Shown: one piece after another, positions 18,155 through 28,136 of the stretch
Position numbering within the stretch: position 1 is the stretch's first letter
How the letters are laid out: each line of letters begins with the position of its first letter
Virus record (IMG/VR): IMGVR_UViG_3300025120_009741
Span: 1-33,291 of that record
Source: a virus
Lineage: Duplodnaviria > Caudoviricetes
Strand: one strand, 5' to 3'
Length of the DNA stretch: 33,291 nucleotides
Notes under the pieces: generated by a model
Seen by the model: only the letters and a program-made list of their open reading frames with translations
The model's database searches: none
What the model was told of the DNA's origin: nothing
Translations under genes and position numbers: made by a program

Positions 18155-18434
18155 TACTGCTAAACTTAAAGTTAAGTATGTATTAGGTAATCACACAACT
18201 CAACCGGGTTATCCAGATGCTGAAGATGTACTCTTTGAATTAATTAGAGACTATTGTGGAAAGGTTGCTAAAGAAATAAAGTTTACAAATGTTTCTATGG
18301 CAAAGAGGTGGAATTTATCAGATAAAGAATGTAATACAATATTGCAAAAACTTTTAAAAATAAATTGCATTAAAGTTGATTTTTCAAATTCGGCATATAC
18401 TACTTATGAGGTTATACAAAATCCTTATGAATAA
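18135..18434 (+). CDS. Hypothetical protein, possible winged-helix DNA-binding fold
   Basis: 99 aa overlapping uvsX end; helix-turn-helix plus beta hairpin pattern (SMAKRWNLSDKECNTILQKL...YTTYEV). Confidence 0.55.
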   Translation: MLPKLLNTAKLKVKYVLGNHTTQPGYPDAEDVLFELIRDYCGKVAKEIKFTNVSMAKRWNLSDKECNTILQKLLKINCIKVDFSNSAYTTYEVIQNPYE

Positions 18435-18460
18435 AACTAATTATGTTTTTTAGCATATAA
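18434..18460 (+). promoter_or_regulatory. Putative promoter AAAC-N17-ATATAA upstream of helicase
   Basis: AAAC TAATTATGTTTTTTAGC ATATAA. Confidence 0.5.
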
Positions 18461-18472
18461 AAATAAAACTAC

Positions 18473-19759
18473 ATGAAATCAAGCATAGATCACGAAAAGA
18501 TTTTCTTTAACTATTTTTTAACAAAGCCACATTATCTGAAAGGTACAGGTAAAGGCTTTTTTGCAAATAGGGACTTAGATCAAATTGCAAAATTATCAAA
18601 AGATTTTTATTTAAAGTTTGGTGAAAGCCCGTCTAAACAACAGATGTCAGCTTTAGTTAAAGATGATCCTAATGAAATATCTCCTGATATTGTAAAATCT
18701 ATTTATGATATTAATATTAATGAATATGATCAAGATTGGTTAAAAAGAACTGGAGAGGCGTGGGTTAAGTGGAAACATTTTGATAAACAATTAGTAAGAA
18801 CAATTGAATATGTTAAAACTCAAGATGTATCACCAGAAAATGTTGAAGATGTAGTTCAGCGTGCAATAGGAATGATTTCAACTGATGGTTCAATTAATTT
18901 TGATACTGATACAGGTTTAGATTTTTTTAATCCTGAATCACATGTGCAAAGAACAACAAAGAAAATAGAAACAGGATGGTCTTTTGTAGATAGGGTATCC
19001 GGTGGTGGGTATGATACTAAATCTTTAATAGTTTATGCTGGAGAACAAAATATCGGTAAATCTATATGGTTAGCCAACGATGCAGCTAATTTTGTAAAGA
19101 TGGGTCATAATGTAGTTTTCATTACAGCAGAAATGTCGGCTCAAAAAGTATTAAAAAGAATAGGAGCTAACCTTTTGCATATACCTATGACTGATTATGA
19201 TAAAAATTCAGGAAATAGAGATTATATGAAAAGAAGATTGGAAAAAGTATCAAGAGGATTATTACCTCCTGGTAAATTATTTGTTAAAGAATATCCAACT
19301 TCACAAGGAACTATACCAGATATTGAAGCTTACCTAAAAGATCTGGAGGAAACAACCGATCATAAAGTAAATGTATTAGTTGTAGATTATATTAATATTC
19401 TTGCAAATTATAGAAATCCTAATACAGAAAATACTTATATGAAGATTAAACAAATTGCAGAAGATCTTAGAGCATTGGCTGTTAAAAGAGATATGCTTGT
19501 TATATCAGCTACACAAATTAATCGTGGCGCGTGGGATGCAACTGAAGTAAGAATGGAGAATATTGCAGAATCAGCAGGATTGGCTCATACTGCTGATGTA
19601 ATGTATGCATTAATACAAGACTCTATAATGCATTCAGAGCGTGAATACTGGTTAAAGGTGTTAAAAATTAGAGATGGGCAAGGAAAGGGATCAAGATGTA
19701 AATTTAATATTGATTATGAACATATGAGGCTAACTGAAACTGATGAAATTACTCACTAA
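18473..19759 (+). CDS. gp41: Replicative DnaB-like helicase (gp41)
   Basis: Walker A GEQNIGKS, FITAEMS, KEYPT, VVDYINI, IAEDLRALA, SATQINR, AESAGL..TAD, KIRDG. Confidence 0.93.
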   Translation: MKSSIDHEKIFFNYFLTKPHYLKGTGKGFFANRDLDQIAKLSKDFYLKFGESPSKQQMSALVKDDPNEISPDIVKSIYDININEYDQDWLKRTGEAWVKWKHFDKQLVRTIEYVKTQDVSPENVEDVVQRAIGMISTDGSINFDTDTGLDFFNPESHVQRTTKKIETGWSFVDRVSGGGYDTKSLIVYAGEQNIGKSIWLANDAANFVKMGHNVVFITAEMSAQKVLKRIGANLLHIPMTDYDKNSGNRDYMKRRLEKVSRGLLPPGKLFVKEYPTSQGTIPDIEAYLKDLEETTDHKVNVLVVDYINILANYRNPNTENTYMKIKQIAEDLRALAVKRDMLVISATQINRGAWDATEVRMENIAESAGLAHTADVMYALIQDSIMHSEREYWLKVLKIRDGQGKGSRCKFNIDYEHMRLTETDEITH

Positions 19760-20384
19760 AGATATGGACATATTAACAAATAAACAATTAGTTTCTTTAT
19801 TCTATAAAAAGGCGAAAGAAATTAAACCAGATATATTCTGTGAAATAGGTGCATATGAAGCATCTGCTTCTAAAGAATTATCTAACATTGAAAATATAAG
19901 TATTTTTGCATATGAAGCAAATAAGTATATTTATGAAATGTATCGTAATGATAAAGACTTAAAGAATGTTAATTATAAAAACCTTGCAATATTTAATACA
20001 ACAGGAAAGGTTAATTTTTACATAATGAAAGACTATGTTAAGTCTGGCGCTAATTCTTTATTAAAAAGAAATACCGAAACTTATTCTGATTTAAAATATG
20101 AATTAACTGAAGTAGATTGCTTTACATTAGATAGCCTTCATTCTAAAGATAATTCATATGTATTATGGATAGATGTAGAGGGCTGTGGTTTACAAGTATT
20201 AGAAGGAGCAAAAGAGATTCTTAAAAATACAAAATTAATATTAATTGAAGTAGAAAGTATTCAACACTGGGAAGATCAAAAAATGGATACAGAAATTATT
20301 TCATTTTTAGAATCTCATGGATTTAAAATAGTTGCAAGAGATCAAGAATACACTAATCAGTATAATATAATGTTTGAAAAATAA
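19743..20384 (+). CDS. FkbM-family SAM-dependent methyltransferase
   Basis: EIGA, AYEAN, N.AI, TLDS, LWIDVEGCGLQVLEGA, LIEVE. Confidence 0.85.
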   Translation: MKLLTKDMDILTNKQLVSLFYKKAKEIKPDIFCEIGAYEASASKELSNIENISIFAYEANKYIYEMYRNDKDLKNVNYKNLAIFNTTGKVNFYIMKDYVKSGANSLLKRNTETYSDLKYELTEVDCFTLDSLHSKDNSYVLWIDVEGCGLQVLEGAKEILKNTKLILIEVESIQHWEDQKMDTEIISFLESHGFKIVARDQEYTNQYNIMFEK

Positions 20385-20393
20385 AAATAAATT

Positions 20394-20888
20394 ATGTGGG
20401 GTAAAAAGAAAAAAGTCTTAACAAAAGGCGAAGACGATAAAAAATCTAAGTATGAAGAAAAAGATAAAATCTTTAACAATACTTACGGTGAACAGGATCT
20501 AGGAGGCCAAAAGATAAACTTTACAGTTGCTTCAGGTTTTGGAGGTGATATGGATCCAGATGATAAGATGCACTATGATGCTTTATTTGAAGTAATTGAT
20601 AATCTAATAAAAGGTAGTGAATTTGAACATCTTAACGAAGCTACACCTGAAGGTGTTATTAAAAAATTAAATAAAGTACAAATCAATAAAGTATTCTTTT
20701 ACATAATTGAAAAAACTGGAAATGATTATACTAGGATTGATTTATTTGGAGTTCTATCAGATTACTTTGATGTATTTCCAAATAAGTTTTATAATTCATT
20801 ATCTAATAAATTTAAAGATGAATTAATAAAAGAATTAGATGATAAGTACAATATTTTAGAAAAAAGAAAAATCAGAAAACTTTTTTAA
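20394..20888 (+). CDS. Hypothetical protein; C-terminus weakly resembles gp33 late co-activator
   Basis: 164 aa ORF abutting gp47; IDLF..LS...LSNKFKDELIKE...RKLF tail. Confidence 0.55.
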   Translation: MWGKKKKVLTKGEDDKKSKYEEKDKIFNNTYGEQDLGGQKINFTVASGFGGDMDPDDKMHYDALFEVIDNLIKGSEFEHLNEATPEGVIKKLNKVQINKVFFYIIEKTGNDYTRIDLFGVLSDYFDVFPNKFYNSLSNKFKDELIKELDDKYNILEKRKIRKLF

Positions 20889-20889
20889 T

Positions 20890-21978
20890 ATGGCAAAAAG
20901 AATTTGGATGGTAAGTGATTCTCATTTAGGGTGTAGATCAAATTCAGTATTATGGCTAAAAATTATAGAAGATTATTTTTTTGAATTCTTTATACCTTTA
21001 TTAAAGAAAGAATATAAAAAAGGCGATGTTCTTTATCATTTAGGCGATGTATTTGATAATAGACAAAGTGTTAATCTCGCAGCACAAGATTTAGCTATTA
21101 GAGTTTTTGAAGAATTAGGTAAAATATTCCCAGACATTCATATTATTGTAGGTAATCATGATATAATGAGAAAGAATTCAAATGAAATCTCATCAGTTGA
21201 TTGTTTAAAATATTTACCTAATGTAAATGTATTAAAAGAACCTAAGATATTAAAGTATGACGATGCAACATGTTTGTTAATGCCGTGGAGAAGAAATAGT
21301 GAGCATGAAAAGGAAACATTGGAAAAGGTTAAAGAAAATGTGGATTATATGTTTTGTCATACTGAAACACAAGGAGTTCAAATAAGTCCTAGCACAAAAC
21401 ATCTACATGATGGTGGTAATGCAGTAAGTACATTTAAAAGATTTAAGAGAGTTTATTCTGGGCATATTCATTATAGACAAGAAAAAGGTAATTTTATTCT
21501 AGTAGGTAATCCTTATCAGATGACTCGCTCTGATAGAGGAAATCAAAAAGGGATATATCTTTTAGATTTAAAAACAGGAGATCATACTTTTTATGAAAAT
21601 AATGTAAGTCCAAAATTTATTAGGTATTATATTAATAATATTTTAGAAATGCGTATGGAGGACATAGAAAAGGAAATAAGAGATAATTTCGTTGATGTTT
21701 TTATTCCTTCTAATGTATTAGGTAAATACAACATTAATAAGTTTATGGATTATTTAGATGGCGTTGCTAGAAAATTAGAACCTAGAATTTATGATGAAGA
21801 AAATCCTTATGATATTGAAGATGGTGAATTATCAGATTTTAATGGAGAACTAAATTTAATGAACATTGCAGCAGAGTATATTAATTCTTTAGAATATGAT
21901 GAGGATTTAAAAGAAAGATTAAAAATATCTGTACAAGAATTATACAAAAGAACATTATCACCAAACTATGAAGATTAA
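20890..21978 (+). CDS. gp47: Recombination nuclease subunit gp47 (Mre11/SbcD-like)
   Basis: SDSHLG, GDVFD, GNHD, FCH, SGHIH metallophosphoesterase motifs. Confidence 0.93.
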   Translation: MAKRIWMVSDSHLGCRSNSVLWLKIIEDYFFEFFIPLLKKEYKKGDVLYHLGDVFDNRQSVNLAAQDLAIRVFEELGKIFPDIHIIVGNHDIMRKNSNEISSVDCLKYLPNVNVLKEPKILKYDDATCLLMPWRRNSEHEKETLEKVKENVDYMFCHTETQGVQISPSTKHLHDGGNAVSTFKRFKRVYSGHIHYRQEKGNFILVGNPYQMTRSDRGNQKGIYLLDLKTGDHTFYENNVSPKFIRYYINNILEMRMEDIEKEIRDNFVDVFIPSNVLGKYNINKFMDYLDGVARKLEPRIYDEENPYDIEDGELSDFNGELNLMNIAAEYINSLEYDEDLKERLKISVQELYKRTLSPNYED

Positions 21979-23638
21979 AAAGGTAGAATTTAAAAATTTT
22001 GCTAGCTATGGCAATAGAATACAAGTTATAGACTTTGAAAAAGATAAAAGTAATCTTTATTTAGTACTAGGTGGAAATGGTGCAGGCAAGAGTACATTAG
22101 CAAAAGTTATAACTTATTTATGTTATGGTAAAGTAGAAGGTGCAACCTTAAGAGATTTACCTAACAGAGTCAATAGTGCATTATGGGGTAAAATCTGGAT
22201 GGAATCAAAAGGTAACTCAATTGAGATAGAAAGAGGGATTAATCCAGGTATATTTAATGTTAAATTAAATGGTGCTGAATATGATGTTGCAGGTAAAGTA
22301 AACCTACAAGATTTTTTAGAAACTGAAATTTATGAAATACCTTATCATGTTTTTAAGAATGTTATAATCTTATCTGTTAATGATTTTAAGTCTTTTATTA
22401 CAATGTCACCTTATGACAAGAAAAGAATTATTGATAAAATATTTGGATTTTCTATTATAAATGAAATGGCAGAAGCCGTGAAAGAACAGAGAAGAGGAAT
22501 TATTGATGAGATTAAAACTTATGAAGATGAAATAAGAACTCTCACAGAATCTATTGATTCAGTTTATGATAAGATAGAACAAATAGAAATACTTACAGCA
22601 GAGAAAGATAAATCAAAAGTCAAAAAATTAAAAGAAGATTTAATTTCTCTAAATGAAAATAGAAAAAAATTAAATGAAGTTACTAAAAATACAAAAACAA
22701 AATTAGAAGAATTAGATTTAAATTCTAGAAATAAAGCATCTGAACATTCAGCATTAAATAATAAGATATCAAATATCAAAGAAGATTTAAAGTTATTTGA
22801 AAATTCAACATGCCCTACATGTACCGCACCACTAACTTCTGATTTTCATTTAGATATTAAAAAAGAAAAAGAAGATTCATTAATAACTCTTAATGAACAA
22901 TTTGAATCTGTCAAAAATGAATATGAAGATTCGGTTAGTAAGCTAAATGATTTAAGACTAAAAGGTAGACAAATACATGTAAAGGCTGGTCAACTAGAAA
23001 CTCAGATGGAGAACTTAAAATCTAAGTTAATAGAATTAGCTGAAAAGGATGAATCAGATTCTTCAACTAATCTTAAACAATTAGTGAAAGATTTTAAATT
23101 TCGCAAGAAAGGAAAGTCAGATGATAAATTAAAAAGTGAAGGAGAAGATTTTTATTTAACTATATTAGAAAACCTTATGGGTGAAGGTGGTATTAAAAAC
23201 TTAGCAGTTAGATCTATTTTACCTTCTTTTAACAATCATATACTTTTAATGGGTAGGGAAATGGGAATTCCTTTTGGTATTAGATTTGATGATAAATTTA
23301 ATTGTACATTACATCATCTAGGTACAGAGATTAGCCCTAAGACATTAAGTACAGGAGAAAAGAAAAAAGTTGATTTTGTAATTATCATGGCATTAATGAA
23401 AATGATTAAAGTTAGATTCCCATCTCTTAATATTTTATTTTTAGATGAAATCTTCTCTTCTATTGATTCAGACGGTGTATATCATATAATTAACATACTT
23501 CATGATACAATACAAGATATAGGCCTCAATACTTTTGTAATTAATCATACAGTATTACCAAGTGAATACTTTGATAAAAAGTTAGAAATAACTAAAGATG
23601 CAGGCTTTAGTGAATTTACAATTGAAACTATTGGATAA
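21968..23638 (+). CDS. gp46: Recombination ATPase subunit gp46 (Rad50/SbcC-like)
   Basis: FKNFASYG, Walker A GGNGAGKS, coiled coil with CPTC zinc hook, LSTGE signature, LFLDE Walker B. Confidence 0.94.
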   Translation: MKIKKVEFKNFASYGNRIQVIDFEKDKSNLYLVLGGNGAGKSTLAKVITYLCYGKVEGATLRDLPNRVNSALWGKIWMESKGNSIEIERGINPGIFNVKLNGAEYDVAGKVNLQDFLETEIYEIPYHVFKNVIILSVNDFKSFITMSPYDKKRIIDKIFGFSIINEMAEAVKEQRRGIIDEIKTYEDEIRTLTESIDSVYDKIEQIEILTAEKDKSKVKKLKEDLISLNENRKKLNEVTKNTKTKLEELDLNSRNKASEHSALNNKISNIKEDLKLFENSTCPTCTAPLTSDFHLDIKKEKEDSLITLNEQFESVKNEYEDSVSKLNDLRLKGRQIHVKAGQLETQMENLKSKLIELAEKDESDSSTNLKQLVKDFKFRKKGKSDDKLKSEGEDFYLTILENLMGEGGIKNLAVRSILPSFNNHILLMGREMGIPFGIRFDDKFNCTLHHLGTEISPKTLSTGEKKKVDFVIIMALMKMIKVRFPSLNILFLDEIFSSIDSDGVYHIINILHDTIQDIGLNTFVINHTVLPSEYFDKKLEITKDAGFSEFTIETIG

Positions 23639-23668
23639 ATATAATACAAGAAAAAATTAACTTAATAG

Positions 23669-24664
23669 ATGTCAGCATATAATCAAGAGTTTAATTATGA
23701 TAATACTATCATTAGATATATTATTGTAGCTCTCTTAGCAGAATTAAAAGATAAGGTATACTATTATAATCAAATTGATGCCGATACATTAAAGAAAATA
23801 CCAGTTCCTTTCTTTTATTCAATTACAGGAGATAGTAGATTTTTAATGGATAACTTTTTATATGATGCTGAGGCTGCAGGTAAAGCAATCGGTGATTATG
23901 AAACAGTTCCTAGAGGTATATTACAAATGACTGGGATATCTATAGATTCTGGTAATCAAACAAATAAATTTGTAAGATCTGAATTTGTAAGAGAATGGGA
24001 AGGTGTTTTAAAAACCTTTTCTTTAGAAACAAATTTTTTACCACTTAATATAACATTTAGTACAACCATAGTATGTTCTGATAATCTAGAAATGTTAAAG
24101 GTTACAGAATCTCTAATGAGTAAACTTTATAAGAATACTTTATTTCAAGTAGACTTAGGAATGTTTAGGATACAGGCAAGTTGCCAAGTACCAGAAGATT
24201 ATAGCCAAGATAGATTATTTGAATTTCAATTAAATGATAAAAAATTATTTGAGGTGACTTTTGATATAGAGGTAAAAACTTTTATGCCTGTATTTGAAAA
24301 TGGAATATTAATACCTGAAATTGACTTTATGACAAAGGAAGCTATTATAGCAAATCCTAAAGCTGCTGGTGTTGGAATGCTTAGATCTGGAAAAGATAAT
24401 GAATTAGGTATTTATTTTGGTGGTATCTTCCAAAAATTCGATATGTCACAAGAGAGTATATTAAAAGTACAACCTAGTGGTACCTTTAGCAATAGAGGAT
24501 ACATTAATCCTAATTCAATACAAACTGGAGGCCCTTACATGGAATCAACAATAACATCTACACCAATAGTGCCTGAGTCCGCTGAGAGTCAGCTTTATCG
24601 TGGAGTAGATAAAAAACCAAAAGTAGAAGAGTCAGGATTAGGATCAGTTGATACTGGAATATAA
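23669..24664 (+). CDS. Tail completion/sheath stabilizer, gp15-like
   Basis: N.IIRYII..L, IPVPFFYS, VPRG.L..TG, P.NITF...I pattern typical of gp15-family proteins. Confidence 0.6.
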   Translation: MSAYNQEFNYDNTIIRYIIVALLAELKDKVYYYNQIDADTLKKIPVPFFYSITGDSRFLMDNFLYDAEAAGKAIGDYETVPRGILQMTGISIDSGNQTNKFVRSEFVREWEGVLKTFSLETNFLPLNITFSTTIVCSDNLEMLKVTESLMSKLYKNTLFQVDLGMFRIQASCQVPEDYSQDRLFEFQLNDKKLFEVTFDIEVKTFMPVFENGILIPEIDFMTKEAIIANPKAAGVGMLRSGKDNELGIYFGGIFQKFDMSQESILKVQPSGTFSNRGYINPNSIQTGGPYMESTITSTPIVPESAESQLYRGVDKKPKVEESGLGSVDTGI

Positions 24665-24711
24665 TTAACCGATGAGACTTATAATATATAAAACAAATCA
24701 AATAGTGTAAT

Positions 24712-26595
24712 ATGGAAAACACAATGAACGAAGGACAAACGCAAGTATATGCTGATGGTAGGGTAGAACCGCAAGCCGGCATAAACCAAGACCAAGAATA
24801 CTTACAGAATCCTCCACAACAATTATTGGATATAATTCATGTATTGTTTCAGCAAAGCGGCAGAATGTCGGATATAGATAATGACTTTAAAATTGACCAT
24901 AGTGGTTCAATGACTAAGGAACAAGTCATGACTATTTTAGTTGGGATGGGTATTCCTCAAACTATGGCTGAAGTTGGAATAGCTAAGTATTTAGAAAATC
25001 ACAAAGACAAATCCGATATATACACTGAAAATAATAATCAAAAAAATCATAACAAAATGAACTTTACATTAACAGATCTGTATGAAAACGTTATGGAGAG
25101 TATTAACGGCTTAAAAACTATGGATAATGATAATTCCAGAGTTTCATATTCTGTTAAGGAATCTTTAACTATTTTAGAGGAGGCAATAACAGCATTCCCT
25201 ATGAAATTGAAAAATGCTGACCTTTCACAAATTAGTGAAGAGATAGAAAATTCAACAAACCCTAATCTTAAATTTAAGATTGCAAGAAACTTATATACTA
25301 AATTAGCTCAATCAACTTGGCTACAACCAATTTCTGAATTAAGAGAGTATATAATGGAATCATATAATAATACTAAATGGCAATTTAGAATTAGTGAATC
25401 TATTGAAAGAACAGAAAATCAAAAAGGAAAATTAATAGAATCATTAACAAATGATTTAGTTTCTTTATTAAATGAATCAGATGTAAAATCTAAATTTTCT
25501 GTAGTTGCTGCAAAACACCCATGGTCAATGGATGCTAAAGCAATTATAAATGAAATGAATGCTGAAGATACTAAAGTTGCTTCCACTGCAAATGGTAAAG
25601 TTGTAACTTCTCTTTCTCCAATTTTAGAATCTGAAAATAATTTAACATTTAGATTACACGGAAAGAATTATACTTATAACGGAACTGACATTACTGAAGC
25701 TAATGTAACTGATCCAAGATTCTTTGATGTATGTGAAGGTTTAGATATGTTCTCAAGAAATGGAAACATTCTTTCATTACATGGAGAAAATAGTAAATCA
25801 TTAGAATATAACATTACTGAAGGAACATTAACAATGGGTAAAGTTGATATGACTAACTATAGTATCATTGAGTTAAAAGAAGCTTTATTAGCAACTAACT
25901 TCTCAGGATACAGAAACCAATGGCAAAATGATAAAATTTGTAAATTCTTTGAATCTGTTGATTTAATCGCTGAAATGGATAACTTCACAACTATCCAATC
26001 ACAATCACATAAAGATGTATTTTTAAGTGTAATTGCATTAGATGAAGCAATATATGTTAACACAGTAAATCCAGGAATGGGATTAAATGAAATGAAGAAA
26101 TACAATACTGCTACTGAAACTGTAGAAATTGTAAAAGAATTTATTAATTTCGATATTTCTCCAATTCTTTCTGAAAGATTAATCGCTGAAGATAATGATA
26201 AAGCAATTGAAGAAAATAAAAGAAAAGATCTTACTAATTCAATTTCTTTCCTAGAAGAAAAGAAATCTGAAGTTGAAGCTGCTATTAAAAAGTTAGGTGA
26301 AACTGAAGAATTAACTGAAGCTTTAAATTTAATAGCTGAAGAGTTAAATGGAAAAGAAAAAGAATTAGCTGATTCATATATTTCTGAAAAAAAAACTAAA
26401 GACGACTATTTAAACGATGGTTTCGTAGAAGCATCAGTTAAAAAGAACGGTCAGGGTCTTAAAAAGAGACAAGAAGTCTTAGTTAATGCTGAAGAATATG
26501 CTTCCTTAGGAGATGATGATTTATTAACAATCATTATTCCTAAAAATGGAAAAAGTATTGTACTTCCTAAAGAAGATTTAGAAGTTAAGATTTAA
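24712..26595 (+). CDS. Hypothetical acidic protein, probable prohead core/virion internal protein
   Basis: Many (I/L/V)-x-E sites (LYE, ISE, IME, LIE, LNE, INE, ITE); C-terminal coiled coil; in morphogenesis region. Confidence 0.55.
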   Translation: MENTMNEGQTQVYADGRVEPQAGINQDQEYLQNPPQQLLDIIHVLFQQSGRMSDIDNDFKIDHSGSMTKEQVMTILVGMGIPQTMAEVGIAKYLENHKDKSDIYTENNNQKNHNKMNFTLTDLYENVMESINGLKTMDNDNSRVSYSVKESLTILEEAITAFPMKLKNADLSQISEEIENSTNPNLKFKIARNLYTKLAQSTWLQPISELREYIMESYNNTKWQFRISESIERTENQKGKLIESLTNDLVSLLNESDVKSKFSVVAAKHPWSMDAKAIINEMNAEDTKVASTANGKVVTSLSPILESENNLTFRLHGKNYTYNGTDITEANVTDPRFFDVCEGLDMFSRNGNILSLHGENSKSLEYNITEGTLTMGKVDMTNYSIIELKEALLATNFSGYRNQWQNDKICKFFESVDLIAEMDNFTTIQSQSHKDVFLSVIALDEAIYVNTVNPGMGLNEMKKYNTATETVEIVKEFINFDISPILSERLIAEDNDKAIEENKRKDLTNSISFLEEKKSEVEAAIKKLGETEELTEALNLIAEELNGKEKELADSYISEKKTKDDYLNDGFVEASVKKNGQGLKKRQEVLVNAEEYASLGDDDLLTIIIPKNGKSIVLPKEDLEVKI

Positions 26596-26628
26596 TCCCT
26601 AAAATACATTCTAGTTTAATATAATTAG

Positions 26629-26663
26629 AGGACCGATTGAAATTAAACAATCGGTCCTTTTTT
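26629..26663 (+). terminator. Rho-independent terminator
   Basis: Perfect 11-bp stem AGGACCGATTG / CAATCGGTCCT followed by TTTTT. Confidence 0.85.
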
Positions 26664-26671
26664 GTATATAA
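26645..26671 (+). promoter_or_regulatory. Putative promoter AAAC-N17-ATATAA overlapping the terminator, upstream of gp55
   Basis: AAAC AATCGGTCCTTTTTTGT ATATAA. Confidence 0.5.
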
Positions 26672-26692
26672 TAATAAAATAAACTAAAGCTA

Positions 26693-27058
26693 ATGGCAAG
26701 AAAAAGAAATTATTTAAACAATAGAGATTTATTAGATCAAATTGTTTTATCAAAAGAACATGGTGAATTAACACCGAAGGCATTAGAATTTTTAATGTTA
26801 TTAGCTGATAAGTGTTCAAGAAAATTAACATATAGAAATCCAGAAGATAGGCAAGATTGTATTGCTTATGCTTACATGGATCTTTATAGATATTGGAGAA
26901 ACTTTAATCCTGAGAAAAGTACTAATGCATTTGCTTATTTTACTGAAATAGCTAAAAGAGGGTTTGCAAAAGGTTGGAATAAATTACATCCAAAAAAATA
27001 TCATGGCACAGTATCAATTAATGGTAGCGCTGATAGCGAAGGAATTTATACAATATAG
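26693..27058 (+). CDS. gp55: Late-transcription sigma factor (gp55-like), minimal 121 aa
   Basis: NYLNN.DL, F.PEKS.NAFAYFT.I signature. Confidence 0.85.
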   Translation: MARKRNYLNNRDLLDQIVLSKEHGELTPKALEFLMLLADKCSRKLTYRNPEDRQDCIAYAYMDLYRYWRNFNPEKSTNAFAYFTEIAKRGFAKGWNKLHPKKYHGTVSINGSADSEGIYTI

Positions 27059-27068
27059 TTAATTGCCT

Positions 27069-27545
27069 ATGAGCATTAAAAAGGTTAAGCCTACAGTTAA
27101 ATCTGGTTACAAGCAAGGTTATTATAAACCTAAATTTCCTCAGAAGTATAGAGGAGAAGGACCTATTATATATAGAAGTAGCTGGGAAAGAAAGTTTTGT
27201 CACTGGTGTGATCATAATGAAGATGTAATAATGTGGATCTCCGAACCTTTCTCTATACCTTATTTTAATATGTTAGATAATAAGTTTCATAAATATTATC
27301 CTGACTTTTTTATTAAAATGAAAAAGGGAGAAACTATAGAGGAATATGTTGTAGAAATAAAACCTAAGGCACAATTACAAAAACCTAAAGAACCTAAAAG
27401 AAAAACAGCTAAAGCATTAAAAAATTTTAAATATGCATATGAATCTTATGTAAGAAATTTATGTAAAACAAATGCACTTAATAAAATGGCAAAAGAAAGA
27501 AACTGTAAGGTAATGCTTTTAACTGAAGACTCAAAACTATTTTAA
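27069..27545 (+). CDS. gp4: Head completion nuclease (gp4, TnsA-like)
   Basis: PQKY.G, IYRSSWERKF, W.SE, YYPDF, VEIKP, TE; ATG at 27069 preferred over TTG at 27063. Confidence 0.88.
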   Translation: MSIKKVKPTVKSGYKQGYYKPKFPQKYRGEGPIIYRSSWERKFCHWCDHNEDVIMWISEPFSIPYFNMLDNKFHKYYPDFFIKMKKGETIEEYVVEIKPKAQLQKPKEPKRKTAKALKNFKYAYESYVRNLCKTNALNKMAKERNCKVMLLTEDSKLF

Positions 27546-28117
27546 TGGCTTTTATTGGAGAATATAACGAAGATCTTAAATTATACTTAGCTGAATATAG
27601 AAGTAGAACTATTGCATCTAAACAATCTGCGATAGACATTCCAATTGTTGGCCTTAAGTCTAAAGGATTATTGGAGGCAGGTAAAATGTATTGTTTTGAA
27701 TACTATACTACCGAAGAAACTTTTTATGATACTAAACCTTTGGTATTAGGTTTAGGTGAATCTGATAATGAACATCAATTAGGTATAAATTTACATTATA
27801 TGCCTTATGAGGCTAGGCTTCCTTTCATGGAAGAGTTAGTAAAGTCCTTTATGAGATTTCCTGATTTTAAAAATGCAGCTTACATACCTACACAAAACCA
27901 AAAGGCAATCACCACTTTTAAATGGGAATTTGTAAAGAGAGCATTAGGTAAAAAATATAACTTAACTTATTGTACAAGACAGTACATGGTTAATAAAATG
28001 AAAAATCCGTATGTCTTAGGTTATGAAGACTGGTATATGGGTACTGTAAATAATGAAGATGATTTTTTCGGTGGAAATATAAATCAAGCACAATCATTAT
28101 ACTACAAGAATATATAA
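27545..28117 (+). CDS. gp2: DNA end protector (gp2-like)
   Basis: GKMY.F.Y, YD..PLV, GINLHYMP..R motifs; adjacent to gp4. Confidence 0.75.
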   Translation: MAFIGEYNEDLKLYLAEYRSRTIASKQSAIDIPIVGLKSKGLLEAGKMYCFEYYTTEETFYDTKPLVLGLGESDNEHQLGINLHYMPYEARLPFMEELVKSFMRFPDFKNAAYIPTQNQKAITTFKWEFVKRALGKKYNLTYCTRQYMVNKMKNPYVLGYEDWYMGTVNNEDDFFGGNINQAQSLYYKNI

Positions 28118-28136
28118 ACTAATAAAAAATAAAAAT

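Noticed and set aside
27069-27545. Tn7 TnsA transposase or mobile element
   Set aside because: TnsA-like fold is the normal T4 gp4 head-completion protein, here next to gp2 and portal; no transposon ends or partners
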